A stretch of 64,000 nt of DNA from an uncultured Candidatus Binatia bacterium (GCA_965213675.1 OZ243916.1:3907525-3971524), one strand, 5' to 3'; positions 1 to 10,540 are shown, counted from the first letter of the stretch. Numbers and translations: made by a program. The notes: generated by a model not told the origin, from the letters alone.

Positions 1-1354
1 AGTTCACCGCGAGGACGGCATAGCCGCGATTGGCGAGAAACTGCGTCAGGTTGTCGAAACCCCACCGGTCGAACATCCACGGCCCGCCGTGGACCTTGAC
101 GACCGTGGGAAGACGTTTGCCGTCCGTTCCCTTGGGCAGCGTCAGAAAGCCATGAAGGCGGAGTCCGTCCCGTGCCACGAAGTGGATCGGCCGCATCTCG
201 GACAAGTCGTCCGCGTACGGGCTCAAGCGATGTTCCGCCAGAAGCTCCCTGGTTCCTGATCGACGGTCGACCCGGACGGTGACCGGAGCCTGGCGGTCGG
301 TCTCCACCAGCAACACGAGTTGCATGTAATCGATGCTTCCGTTGACAAGTTGGAACAGAACCGGTCCTGTCCCCAAGACCCGTTCGAGGTCTTCTCGTAA
401 CTCAACGTCATAAAAGTGATACCGAGGCAGCGGGTCGAAGTACCGAACGGCAACGGGGTTGCCGGTGGTGCTGTCGAGCCAGACACGCGACACTTCAGCG
501 TCGGGCGCTTCGAACGTCAATTCCTCGATACCCGTTCGAAGATCCAGTTTGATGACCGACTGTTTGTCTCTTCCCGCATTTGTCGGAAGGTAGAGGGTGG
601 TGCCGTCTTCCAGAAGGTTCGCATGATAGGTCGCGACGTCCCGAAATGTCCCGTTCAATACGTTGTCCCATGCACCGCCGGGGCGTCGCGCCTGGATGTT
701 CCATCCGCCGTCTCCCGTTTTCCGGATCCGCGCCAACACCTCCCTGTCGGGGTTGACGATCCAATCCGCCGTGTGGCCGTCGTTTCTGGCCAACAAGTCG
801 TGTTTACCCGTGTGAATGTTGACTTGGTAAAGGTCATAGGAACCGCGGTCACGAAGATTCATTTGCACGAGCACGATATCGGGATTCCGAAGAAGAGGGA
901 CAGCGCGTCTGACGCTCACCCCGTGGAACGGCGTCAGGTCGCGCGATGCTCTTTCGGGGCGGTCGGTATCGGCCAGGAACAGGTGAATGTTGCGGTCTCG
1001 GCCTGCGCCCCGAAGAAACAACACGTGCCTGCTGTCGAGTGCCCAAGTGAAGCCCGGGACGAAACTGAGATCCTTCATCACCAAGTCGCGCTCCTCATTC
1101 AGATGACGAACGCGAAAGCTGAGTTTGCGCGGCTCGATGGCGACCCACGCCAGCCGTGTTCCATCCGGCGAAATATGAATCTGCCCGCTATTGCGCGGCA
1201 GGCCGTAGAATTCTTCCGCCGGTATCAGGGCGGGCAAGGACGCTGCCCGAAGTACGGGGTGAGTGGCGTCAATGCCGGTTGTGCTGGCATCCGCCAGGCG
1301 CCAGGAAAGGCATGTGAACAGCAACGACAGCGTGATCAATCGTAGGAGCATCAT
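1..1354 (-). CDS. S9 family (prolyl oligopeptidase/acylaminoacyl) peptidase, secreted; 3' end runs off window
   Basis: Manual translation: signal-like start MMLLRLITLSLLFTC after GAGG; near the window edge MRPIHFVARDGLRLHGFLTLPKG..PTVVKVHGGPW..FLANRGYAVLAVN, typical of S9C. Absent from the ORF track because it is truncated. Confidence 0.88.
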   Translation of the reverse strand, partial: MMLLRLITLSLLFTCLSWRLADASTTGIDATHPVLRAASLPALIPAEEFYGLPRNSGQIHISPDGTRLAWVAIEPRKLSFRVRHLNEERDLVMKDLSFVPGFTWALDSRHVLFLRGAGRDRNIHLFLADTDRPERASRDLTPFHGVSVRRAVPLLRNPDIVLVQMNLRDRGSYDLYQVNIHTGKHDLLARNDGHTADWIVNPDREVLARIRKTGDGGWNIQARRPGGAWDNVLNGTFRDVATYHANLLEDGTTLYLPTNAGRDKQSVIKLDLRTGIEELTFEAPDAEVSRVWLDSTTGNPVAVRYFDPLPRYHFYDVELREDLERVLGTGPVLFQLVNGSIDYMQLVLLVETDRQAPVTVRVDRRSGTRELLAEHRLSPYADDLSEMRPIHFVARDGLRLHGFLTLPKGTDGKRLPTVVKVHGGPWMFDRWGFDNLTQFLANRGYAVLAVN

Positions 1355-1369
1355 CAACCTCAAGAACAG

Positions 1370-1920
1370 TCATTCGAGCACTGGAGCGACCTTGGTCGGA
1401 GGAGGAAAACGCCCGGAACGACGACCGGCGCTTCTCTCCCACTTTTGTTTACAGACGCCGCGGAACTGGCCGGTCAATCCTCCGTACACTGCGTGGTTCA
1501 CGATTTCATCGGTGTTGTCGATGACCCCGTGCACGATGTCGTCGAAACAGTCGTTGTTGCCACCGTCGTCCCAGGCGGCGTTGCTGTCATCCGAATCGGC
1601 CGCATCGGCGTTGGCGCCCGTGCTGTCTCAGGTGCAAGAACAACCACAACCACATCTGCACCCTTGGATTTCGGGGTCCAGGTCGTCGTCAGGGGCGTCA
1701 AGCATCTCGTGTGGTGTCTGGTTAATTCGGGTCATAATCTGCGGGTCTTTTTGGCCGTCGGCTGCGTTGCTCTTCCGCGCGTGGTACCCGCCACTGCTCG
1801 TCATGGCGCCTTGCCGACGACAAAAAATCCTCCGCAGATTATGACGCGTATTAACCAGACACCACACTAGGAAATGGCAATACGCTCGTCTTGAAACGCC
1901 TATTTGATGGCCAGGATCGT
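1370..1920 (-). pseudogene. Cys-rich (CxCxCxCxC) acidic peptide, RiPP-precursor-like; interrupted by a MITE and in-frame stops
   Basis: AAGGAGGA at 1928-1935. Frame reads (ACG)ILAIK*AFQDERIAIS|MITE|EMLDAPDDDLDPEIQGCRCGCGCSCT*DSTGANADAADSDDSNAAWDDGGNNDCFDDIVHG... Confidence 0.5.
1706..1870. mobile_element. 165-bp MITE copy 1 (probably IS630-derived, CTAG/TA target)
   Basis: ~38-bp imperfect terminal inverted repeats (ct[c]gtgtggtgtctggttaattcgggtcataatctgcgg ... ccgcagattatgacgcgtattaaccagacaccacactag); same-length inverted copy at 46625-46789. Confidence 0.85.
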
Positions 1921-2270
1921 TGTTGTCTCCTCCTTGTCTGGGTCATGCGTTTCGTTACGTTAAAGCGCCTACATCAATCAGATCGGTGGCGGGGAGCCGA
2001 ACTTTAGGGTCGAATGAAAGTCTCTGGCGTTTTTTTGTCGTCCGGTGCGTGAGGGGACACCGAGGCAGGATCGTTCCGTCCCGGAAGGCAGGTGCAGGGT
2101 CTCGGGGGGAAACCGCGCGTGCAACATCCAATGCGGAAGCGGTGGAATCCCACCAGGAGGCAGGAAAGACGTACCTGCGGTGGCCAGGACTCGGTCAGTT
2201 TGTGATTCGGCGATGCTTGACGGCGCGATCAGTTACCCACAGGAGTCCCGACGAGGCCGCGTCTGTCAGC

Positions 2271-3341
2271 TTACTCTGTCTGATCGGTCTTTTTCGACCA
2301 TTCCAGTGCCATGCGCCGCGCTTCCGCGACCTGTTCGGGCGTCATTTCCTGTTCCAATTTGTCCCGCGCGGCCATCCATGGTTGCCTGTCCCCGGAGGCA
2401 GCCATGGCCAGCCACATGTATGCGAGCACAAGATCGCGTCCAACTCCATGCCCGTTTATGTACATTAGACTTAGTTGGAACCGCGCCAACGCCAATCCCT
2501 CTTCCGCGGCCTTACGGTACCATTTGGCGGCCTTGACATAGTCGACGGGCACACCGTGGCCCTTCAAATGCATCAACCCGAGGTTGTACTGTGCGGCGGC
2601 GTGTCCGTGCTCAGCCGCGAGGCGGAACCAATGAATCGCCTTGGTGTAGTCTTGGGCCACCCCGTGTGCCTTGTCATACATCGTTCCCAAGTTATACTGG
2701 GCGCGCGGGGCGCCCTGTTCCGCGGCGGAGCGGTACAAGCGCAGCGCCTCGTCATAGTCTCGGGGTACGATGGTCCCCGAGTGGTACATGACTCCGAGTT
2801 GGGTCTGCGCCAAGGCAAATCCTTGTTCAGCCGCGGAGCGGTACAAGCGCAGCGCTTCGCGGAGGTCCTGTTGAGTGCCGCGTCCATGGTCATACATCGT
2901 CCCAAGGTTGTACTGTGCGGCCGGGATCCCCTGTTCGGCTGCGGAGCGGTACCAGCGCAACGCTGCGTCAAGGTCTTTCGGGATGCCCTGGCCCAAGACG
3001 TACATGGTTCCGAGATTGTACTGTGCCTTCCCGTGCCCTTGCTCGGCGGCAAGGCGGTACCAACGCCTCGCTTGGTTTGCATCCTGCGGTACACCGTGGC
3101 CGTTGAAGTACATGGCACCGAGGTGGTACTGGGCGTCCGCGTGTTGTTGCCGGGCGGCCGTGTTGCACGCGGTGACCAGGTTGGTCAGGTCCGCGCGACG
3201 GTCCAGACATACGTCGAGAGGCATCTCTTGGGAGGGTGTCGTGGGTTGGGTCGCGGCAAAGCCGCTGGTCAGGACGATCCAGAGCGTGCCCAATGTCAAT
3301 GTGAGAACTGGTGAACGCAAAGCGCGAGCGTTTGTAGCCAT
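2271..3341 (-). CDS. Sel1-like repeat protein with N-terminal signal/TM segment
   Basis: About 7 repeats of AQYNLGxMYxxGxGVxQDxxxAxxWYRxAAEQG; start placed at MATNAR. Confidence 0.92.
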   Translation of the reverse strand: MATNARALRSPVLTLTLGTLWIVLTSGFAATQPTTPSQEMPLDVCLDRRADLTNLVTACNTAARQQHADAQYHLGAMYFNGHGVPQDANQARRWYRLAAEQGHGKAQYNLGTMYVLGQGIPKDLDAALRWYRSAAEQGIPAAQYNLGTMYDHGRGTQQDLREALRLYRSAAEQGFALAQTQLGVMYHSGTIVPRDYDEALRLYRSAAEQGAPRAQYNLGTMYDKAHGVAQDYTKAIHWFRLAAEHGHAAAQYNLGLMHLKGHGVPVDYVKAAKWYRKAAEEGLALARFQLSLMYINGHGVGRDLVLAYMWLAMAASGDRQPWMAARDKLEQEMTPEQVAEARRMALEWSKKTDQTE

Positions 3342-3710
3342 GGCGTTCCCTATCCCTTGTTCTGTGGAACCATTGGTCCCGGCCGATTGTTGATTGCATC
3401 CCTCCCGCGGAAGAGTTGCAAGCTCGTCAGTTTCTCCGACGTGAGGGGTCGCACGAGCAGCTACACCCACATCCACACCCATGCACCTCCAGGTCCAATT
3501 CCTCGTGGTCGGGGTCGATGACCCATGCGGTCAACACGGCCCGATTCTCCTTGGACAAGGCAAGCGGTTCCTTACGATATCCTCCTGTTGTGACGCCTGA
3601 ACGCGGCTATCACCGCCCTCAGAAGTACAATAGCCAAGGCAAGGTCGGGCTTACGGAAGGGATCGTTAACCTTTTAATAGATATGTAAAGTTCATTCAAT
3701 ACCCTGCGGG

Positions 3711-4988
3711 CTACGCCTTCACCGGCCTCCTGACCAGCAGGGTCAGCCCGGCGCACAAGATCTGCACGCAGATGAACAGCACCAGGGAGAGGTTGTAGCT
3801 GCCGGTGTAGTCGTAGAGGTAGCCGAAGAACGGGGCGCCGATGGCGGCGCAGAGGAGGAGGATGGGCAGGCTGAGGCCGCGCACGGTGCCGAGGGAGATC
3901 CGGCCGAAGTAGTTGGCCCACATGACTTCCTGTAGCACATGGGCGCCGCCGAGGCCGGAGCCGTAGAGGAAGAACGCGACGTACAGGCCCGGCAGGCCGC
4001 CGGTTTTCATGGCCACCACCAGGCCCGCGGCCTGAGCCACGAACATGAGCGCGGTGGCCCGGCGCACGCTGACGCGCTCGCTGATGAAGCCCCACAGGAG
4101 TCCGGAGCCGAGCTGGGTGGCGGCCATGACCGTGGCCACGGACGCCGCGGCCAACATGGAGTGGCCCAGGTCCGAGACGTAGGCGAGCACGTGCAGGTTG
4201 AAGCCGGCGATACCGATATCGACGGTGCTGAAGATGAAGGTGATGAGCCAGCAGGTCGGGGTGTGCAGGGCTTCCCGGCGCGTCCAGGTGACGTCCTCGG
4301 GGGCCGGACCCACCGGGCGGGAGCCGGCCCGGCCGCGCCTGTCCGGAGCCGTGGTTGCGGCATGGACCGGATCGCCGTCGGGGCGCAACCCCATGTCCTC
4401 CGGGCTCCGGCGCATCCACAGCGCCGCCGGAATCAGGGCCAGAATCACCACCAGCCCGCCGAACAGGGTCCAAACCGAACGCCACCCGATGGCGGTCAGG
4501 AGCCAGGCGACCACCAGCGCGATGGTGGTCTTGGAAACGCCCTGGCCCAGATGGGCGATGGCCAGCGCCCGGCCGCGCTGGCGTATGAACCAGCGGGAGA
4601 TGGCGACGTTGACCACGAAATAGCACACGAAGGCGTGGCCGATGGAGACCAGGGCCACGCGCACGGCCGCGAACTCCCAGAAGGTCCGCGCGTAGCCCAA
4701 CAGCAGAAAGCCCGCCACCGAGATCACCGAACCGATGACCATGAGCCGGCGGGCGCCGTGACGGTCCAGCAACGAGCCGATCCAGGGTGTGACTCCGGCG
4801 TAAGCCACCAGCTCGGCGGAGCGCATCAGCGAGAACGTGCCCCGCGAAACCCCCATCTCGGCCGTAATGGACTTGAGCATGACGCCCAGGGTGCTGGACA
4901 GATAGAAGGCGCAGGCCACCTGCACGAGAAAGCCGGTGGCGACGATGTACCAACCGTAGAAAACCCTGGGTCTTGCCGTTGTCCGCAT
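3711..4988 (-). CDS. MFS transporter (OFA/MCT-like)
   Basis: FYGW N-terminus, GSLLDRHGARR motif A, ~12 hydrophobic segments, YFGR..LG motif. Confidence 0.9.
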   Translation of the reverse strand: MRTTARPRVFYGWYIVATGFLVQVACAFYLSSTLGVMLKSITAEMGVSRGTFSLMRSAELVAYAGVTPWIGSLLDRHGARRLMVIGSVISVAGFLLLGYARTFWEFAAVRVALVSIGHAFVCYFVVNVAISRWFIRQRGRALAIAHLGQGVSKTTIALVVAWLLTAIGWRSVWTLFGGLVVILALIPAALWMRRSPEDMGLRPDGDPVHAATTAPDRRGRAGSRPVGPAPEDVTWTRREALHTPTCWLITFIFSTVDIGIAGFNLHVLAYVSDLGHSMLAAASVATVMAATQLGSGLLWGFISERVSVRRATALMFVAQAAGLVVAMKTGGLPGLYVAFFLYGSGLGGAHVLQEVMWANYFGRISLGTVRGLSLPILLLCAAIGAPFFGYLYDYTGSYNLSLVLFICVQILCAGLTLLVRRPVKA

Positions 4989-5265
4989 TTGTTCTTGCCC
5001 TGAGCTGGACCGCCGCAGGTGATGCCGGGCGACGAATTCGCTCCTGGTTTGCCTCGCCCGCACGGGTCCGTGGTCCGGACTGAATGCGCGCTTCAGGCCA
5101 GGGACACCATGATCAATGCGCTCTTCGACTGTGCTTCGCGAAGCCTGTGTCGTGTCTGTCGAAGGGCGCCAATCTTTCCGGGCGGCGGTTGATCGGAGTT
5201 TCCCCAGCCTGGCGGCTCCGGCCAAGCCCATGACTTGACACAGGGCGCGCCACTGCTCGCATGGA

Positions 5266-6585
5266 TCAGAGTTTCCCCTGTCCCATGGCTCCGGCCTCCG
5301 CCGGCAGGCGCGGTCTCCGTATCGTCAGCGTCAGCACGGATGACACCAGCAGCATGCCGATGAACAGGTAGAAGGAGATCGCGTAGGATCCGGTGTAGTC
5401 GTTCACGAAACCGAAGAAGGGCGGCCCGCACACGCCGCACAGCAGGACTATCTGAAGCGCGGCGCCACGGACGGTACCCAGCGAAACCCGGCCGAAGTAG
5501 TTGGCCCACATGACTTCCTCCAGCACCTGGGCGCCGCCAAGCCCCAGTCCATAGAAGAAGAAACCGAGGTAGATGGCCGAGAGGTCCTGTGCGTTCGCTG
5601 CCAGGTAAAGACCGGCGGCCTCCACCAGAAACAGGAGGGAAACGACCTTGCGGACGCTCACCCGCTCGCCGACGAAACCCCACAGCAAGCCGGAGGTCGC
5701 TTGCGTGCCGGCGATCACGGTCATGGTCAGAGCGGCCTGGACCTGGCCGAATCCCAGGTCCGATACGTAGGAGACGACATGGAGGTTCAGGCCGGTGATG
5801 CCCACATCCACCATGCCGAAGGCGAGGATGATCAACCAGAACGTGGACGTACGCCGCACCTGTTGCCGGGTCCAGCGGACTTCCGGTTCCTGCGCGCCCC
5901 CGTCGCCGGCTCGCCGTTCCTGTCCTGCGCCCGGGCGCCCCATGGGGTCGCCGCCCCCGTCGGGCTGAAGCCCCATGTCCTCCGGGCTTCGGCGCATGAA
6001 GATGGCCACCGGTATGACCGCCAGCACCACCACCAGCCCGCCGAACAGGGTCCACACTTGGCGCCAGGCGATGAACGTCAGCAACCAGCCCACCACCGCG
6101 GAGATGGTTATCTTGGCGATGCCGTGCCCCAGATGGGAAATGGCCAGGGCGCGCCCCCGCATCCGCACAAACCACCGGGCCACGGTGACGTTCACCACGA
6201 AGTAACACACCAGCGCGTGGCCCACGGCCAACAGGGTGACGCGTACGGAGGCGAACTCCCAGAACGAAGCCGCCTGCCCGAGCAGCAGAAATCCGACGGC
6301 CGAGAGGACCGCGCCGGCAACCATCATGCGCCGCGGTCCGTATTGGTCCAGCTTGGCTCCGATCCACGGCGCCATGAGGGCGTACAGGAGGTGCTCGCCC
6401 GAGCGCAGGAGCGAGAAAACGCCTCGGGAAACGCCGAGATCGGTGGTGACGGGTTTCAGGAAGACGCTCAGGGTGCTGGATAGAAAGAAGGCGCAGGAGA
6501 TGTTGGTCAGAAAACCGGCGCCGACGATGTACCAGCCATGGAAAAGGCGCGGTTTCCTGGCGGGATACGTGGAATCAGCGGTCAC
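5266..6585 (-). CDS. MFS transporter, tandem paralog of 3711-4988
   Basis: FHGW, GAKLDQYGPRR, EVMWANYFGR; shares DNA blocks with its neighbour. Confidence 0.9.
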   Translation of the reverse strand: MTADSTYPARKPRLFHGWYIVGAGFLTNISCAFFLSSTLSVFLKPVTTDLGVSRGVFSLLRSGEHLLYALMAPWIGAKLDQYGPRRMMVAGAVLSAVGFLLLGQAASFWEFASVRVTLLAVGHALVCYFVVNVTVARWFVRMRGRALAISHLGHGIAKITISAVVGWLLTFIAWRQVWTLFGGLVVVLAVIPVAIFMRRSPEDMGLQPDGGGDPMGRPGAGQERRAGDGGAQEPEVRWTRQQVRRTSTFWLIILAFGMVDVGITGLNLHVVSYVSDLGFGQVQAALTMTVIAGTQATSGLLWGFVGERVSVRKVVSLLFLVEAAGLYLAANAQDLSAIYLGFFFYGLGLGGAQVLEEVMWANYFGRVSLGTVRGAALQIVLLCGVCGPPFFGFVNDYTGSYAISFYLFIGMLLVSSVLTLTIRRPRLPAEAGAMGQGKL

Positions 6586-6828
6586 GGTGCATGTATCTTT
6601 CCTCGGCGCGCGGCAAGCCGCGGGTGCGACAACGGTCGGCCCTGCGGCGGGCCACCGCAATCGGCTCAGGCAGATTTACTAGGCAATCGGCTCCCCGGAG
6701 TCAATCGTTGGTGGGGCGTCCGTGGGAGCGGGGCCGGCGCCGTTCGATTCCGCTTCACGAAGTCTGGCCTCGCCGGAGCCCGCTGTCGCCATGGATCCGA
6801 GGTTCTTTGGGAGTCTGACGGGAGGCGC

Positions 6829-8079
6829 CTATCCCCCGGGCCGGCTTTCCGGCCACAACCGCCGGTCGAAGCGGCGCATCCAGTCGAGGCTCGTAACCCA
6901 AACCGCCAGGACCGAGACGATCAGGAGTCCGTTGGCCACGCTGAAGGATGCGAAATAATTCCCCGTGAGATCGTGCAGCGCGCCCCCCAGCCAGGCGCCC
7001 ATGGCTCCGCCGAAGCCCACGCTGGCGACGGAGAGGCCGAAGATGGTCCCGAAGCCCCTGCCGGCGAAGATGTCGGCGGTAATGGCGGAGAGGATCACGG
7101 CGCGCGAGCCGAAGGCGATGCCGAAGCCGCCCACGTAAACGTAAAGCAGCCACGGGTGAGCCGTGTCCGCAGCCATCATGAGGGCGGTGACCCCGACGGA
7201 CGCGCACAGGACGTTGAGAGTGTAGGCCGTGGTCTTCGTCAGGGTGTCCGCGATGTAGCCGAAGGTGACCCGGCCGGCGGCGCTGACAAACGCCATGACG
7301 CCGAATACCCCCGCGGCCCAGATGTGTCCGTAGCCGATGTCCACCACGTGGGCCACCTGATGGGTGATGACCAGCACCGTGCCGATGGACCCCAGCATCC
7401 GCGAGATGAACAGGCTCCAGAACTGGAGGCTTCGCAACGCCAGGCGAACCGACCATTGGCCGGCGTCCGTGCCGCCGCCGCTTCTCACCGGCGGCCGCGC
7501 GTCGTCCGGACTGGGGCGGTAGGTGCTCCACACCAGGGGTAGCACGGCGATGACGATGGCCGCCGCCAGCGCCTGGAACACCCGCGGCCAGCCCCACAAC
7601 GAGATCAGCCACTGACAGAGGGGGGAAAGGATGAGGGTCCCCACTCCCACCGCCCCGTAGACAATGCCCAGCACCAGCCCCCGGCGCGTGGGGAACCACT
7701 CCGACACCACCACCACGTGGGGCACCACCCCGCTGGCCGCGAATCCCAGGGACATCACCACACCGAAGTAGAGGTAGAGCTCCCACGCGGTGCGCGCCTG
7801 GCTGCACAGCATCAGGCCGGCGGCCAGAAGCACCCCGCCCGCGGCCACCACCCGCCGTGGCCCCAGATGGTCGGTGAGCCGTCCAATGAAGGGCGACACC
7901 AGGGCATCCATCACGAGGCTGGCGGACTGAATCCCGGCGGTGACCCCGCGGCTCCGGTGGAACGTATCGAGGAGAGCCACGAAGAAGACCGGAAAGGACG
8001 TGTGCAGGCCGCGGACGAAGCCAAACGTCAGCGCGGCCGCGCCGATGAGGTGCCAGCCGTGGAAGATCTTGCGCGTCAC
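6829..8079 (-). CDS. MFS transporter
   Basis: FHGW, GRLTDHLGPRR, ADIFAGRGFGTIFG; GTG start approximate. Confidence 0.88.
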   Translation of the reverse strand: MTRKIFHGWHLIGAAALTFGFVRGLHTSFPVFFVALLDTFHRSRGVTAGIQSASLVMDALVSPFIGRLTDHLGPRRVVAAGGVLLAAGLMLCSQARTAWELYLYFGVVMSLGFAASGVVPHVVVVSEWFPTRRGLVLGIVYGAVGVGTLILSPLCQWLISLWGWPRVFQALAAAIVIAVLPLVWSTYRPSPDDARPPVRSGGGTDAGQWSVRLALRSLQFWSLFISRMLGSIGTVLVITHQVAHVVDIGYGHIWAAGVFGVMAFVSAAGRVTFGYIADTLTKTTAYTLNVLCASVGVTALMMAADTAHPWLLYVYVGGFGIAFGSRAVILSAITADIFAGRGFGTIFGLSVASVGFGGAMGAWLGGALHDLTGNYFASFSVANGLLIVSVLAVWVTSLDWMRRFDRRLWPESRPGG

Positions 8080-8256
8080 GATGTCAGGTCTGTTTCCTGG
8101 TAGCCCTGGAAGCGGATGGTTCCCCTTTACTGGTGCGCCGGGGGAATGGCAAACGGCGCGCCCGAACAACGCCGGCGGCTTGCATACACGGCGCGCCGGA
8201 CGGTCTGCCGTCCACGAAAAACATGCGTGGGTTTCGGCGGAGTCGCGAAGAAAATC

Positions 8257-8285
8257 TTGACTTGGGCGGGTTGGATACGTAATTT
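8257..8285 (+). promoter_or_regulatory. sigma70-type promoter
   Basis: TTGACT-17bp-TAATTT upstream of the 8353 ORF. Confidence 0.5.
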
Positions 8286-8352
8286 GAAAGCAATAATAAA
8301 ATGGTTGGAAAAGGGAACCGGCCGCGGTCTAATAGGGAAGGACGGTACGGCG

Positions 8353-8787
8353 ATGAGGGAAGACACGAAAACTACGGAGGTTGCCGCCAAGGCCATGGCA
8401 CCCGGGGAACAATCCAGGGAACGCTTGACGGCGGAGGCTTTTGATGCGCTCACGCTGTTCGATGCCGACGGTGTGGACGCGGTCCTGTATGCGGAGACCC
8501 TTCAGCGCAAGACGCCGCTGGAGCCGGAAAAGCTCCTGCTGCTGGCTCTGCTCGACGATGCCCTCTCGTGCTATCGAAAGTACCTTTTCGCTCGGACCGC
8601 CAAGAGGCAAAAGGATTTCAGGGAAGCCGAAGAGTGGATCTTCCATGTGGATGACGGCCGTTTCGTCTCCTTCGAAACCGTTTGCGGCATCCTGGGAATC
8701 GAGCCCAGCTATCTGCGCCGGGGCCTTCGAGAGTGGAAGACGCGGAAAGCGGCCGCACGCGCCGCCGCGCGGCCCCAGGCCGCGTAA
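8353..8787 (+). CDS. conserved-looking hypothetical protein
   Basis: RBS AAGGA; LEPEKLLLLALLDDA...EAEEWIF...SFETVCGILGIEPSYLRRGL resembles a small family I associate with Binatia-type genomes. Confidence 0.7.
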   Translation: MREDTKTTEVAAKAMAPGEQSRERLTAEAFDALTLFDADGVDAVLYAETLQRKTPLEPEKLLLLALLDDALSCYRKYLFARTAKRQKDFREAEEWIFHVDDGRFVSFETVCGILGIEPSYLRRGLREWKTRKAAARAAARPQAA

Positions 8788-8836
8788 CGCACCATTCAGG
8801 CCCTCTTCGGAGTCTGTGCGGGGATTCAGGGCGGGT

Positions 8837-10540
8837 TCAATCCCGCCCGGGTCCCCCGGGGCGGTTCGTGGAAGCCGGTAGCTCCGCGGCCTTGAACTCG
8901 GACCGGAGTTCGGACCCCAGTCTGCCCAGGCGGTAGGTGCCCCAGTCGATGAACCGGGCGCAGCCTGCCAGCCTCGGGTGCACCCTGCCGATCTCACGCC
9001 ACATCTTTTGAGTGATGAGGCGGTAATCGGGATGCCCCTGAGGCAGGGTCCTCAACTCGCCGATGTGCACGGCCTCCCGCAAGTTCATCTTCATGTACCA
9101 GCGCACCCGATAGGCGAACGGCACGACGTACTGCGCTTCCCGCGGGTGGTCCGTATGGATGCGGTCGTGGACCTCCGCGGCGCGCTCCATGCAGCGCTGG
9201 TACTCTCCTTCGAATCCCGCCTCGACGATTTCCGCGGGCGTTTCGTAGCCATGGGCGGTGGTGAAGTCCTGGCGTTCCTGGGTGAGCAACCGGTGCCGCT
9301 GCATGTCCCGGTAGATGCCCAGGTTTCCGACGATATCGAACGTGTAGAACACCTGCTCCAGCGCGCGTCCGGGCTTCTCGCGCCGGTGCCGGCGGTCCTT
9401 CATGTAAGCGTCGAGCACCGCCTGCCGCCGCTCCGCCGGCATGTCCGCCGCCAACTCGCGCAACCGCAACAGGGGCTGGCGCGTGTGCGGATACAGGATA
9501 GCGGCAATGACCCGTTCCTCCGCCTGATCGTCGTAGTCCACCAGGGTCACGGGAGCCTCCGGCTCCAGGGGACCGCTCCCTGGCGCGGCACTGGCCGCGA
9601 GTTCCCGGGCCAGGGCCCGTGTCCGCCTGAAGGTGTCCGACAGGTACGCGCTCGGCTGCGCCCGCTTCACGAAGGACGGGATCAGTTCGTCGAGTTCCCG
9701 GCGCATGCCCGCGCCAAGCTCGCGCAGTTCCGCGAGGTCGCTGGAGTAGCACTTCGTTAGAAGGTACTCGAAGGCCTGGCCGACGCCGAAGAGTCCCACG
9801 TTGGTGCGAGTCGCCGCCGGCAGATAGCCTCGCAGGATGTCGCACGCATGGGCGCGTACGGTGGAGCGGTAGGCGCTCTCCGCCCACTTGGCGAGCTTTT
9901 CGTCCTTGCGCGCCTCGGCATAGGAGACCGGCGCCCCGGTGCGCGGGTTGCGCAACTCGATCTGCTCCAACGGCAGCGACCTGCGCACGTGCTCGATCAT
10001 GGGTTCCATCTGCCGCGAGTACGTATCGAACAGAAGCTCCATGAGGTCGAGGTAGTCGCGCCGGTGCGGCGACGCATCCAGGGTCGGTTCGACGCAGAAC
10101 AGGTAGCGCCCGCTGGCGTCCTTGCGGTCGAAGCGCACGTAGCGCGTGGACTTCTCCAACGGCGCCATGCCGACGCGGGCGTCCTCCAGGTGCTTGGCCG
10201 CCACGTTGGAGATGTCCTCGCAGGCGACATGGGCGCCGCCGAGTTGCGCCACCGAGTCGTCGCCGTAGCCCACGAGCACCCGCTCGTAGAAGGCGCGGGC
10301 GCGGCGCACTGCCGGGTCGTCCCGGCCCGCGGTTCGCGGCGCGTCGAGCGCGGGGCCCAGATCCGCGTCGCCGAGGAACTCGTCCAGGAACATGCGCCGG
10401 AGGTCTTTCCCCGAGCGGCTGTAGCGCGAAAAGAGCGCCCCGGCCACCTCCTGGGGCAGCCGCAGGCCGAAGACGGGCCGGTCGAGGTTGGTAAAGAAGG
10501 GCGCGAGGCGTTGTATTTCCGCGGAAGTGAAGCTGGCCAT
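8837..10540 (-). CDS. thyX: FAD-dependent thymidylate synthase, long two-domain form
   Basis: LFSRYSRS, GYGDDSVAQL, EKSTRY, RDMQRHR, ELRTLPQGH motifs. Confidence 0.88.
   Translation of the reverse strand: MASFTSAEIQRLAPFFTNLDRPVFGLRLPQEVAGALFSRYSRSGKDLRRMFLDEFLGDADLGPALDAPRTAGRDDPAVRRARAFYERVLVGYGDDSVAQLGGAHVACEDISNVAAKHLEDARVGMAPLEKSTRYVRFDRKDASGRYLFCVEPTLDASPHRRDYLDLMELLFDTYSRQMEPMIEHVRRSLPLEQIELRNPRTGAPVSYAEARKDEKLAKWAESAYRSTVRAHACDILRGYLPAATRTNVGLFGVGQAFEYLLTKCYSSDLAELRELGAGMRRELDELIPSFVKRAQPSAYLSDTFRRTRALARELAASAAPGSGPLEPEAPVTLVDYDDQAEERVIAAILYPHTRQPLLRLRELAADMPAERRQAVLDAYMKDRRHRREKPGRALEQVFYTFDIVGNLGIYRDMQRHRLLTQERQDFTTAHGYETPAEIVEAGFEGEYQRCMERAAEVHDRIHTDHPREAQYVVPFAYRVRWYMKMNLREAVHIGELRTLPQGHPDYRLITQKMWREIGRVHPRLAGCARFIDWGTYRLGRLGSELRSEFKAAELPASTNRPGGPGRD

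Noticed and set aside
416-1345. 309-aa plus-strand ORF and many other long antisense ORFs (e.g. 15863-17521, 26395-28368, 48951-51230, 56562-58370)
   Set aside because: Shadows of real genes on the opposite strand in high-GC DNA; no recognisable motifs.
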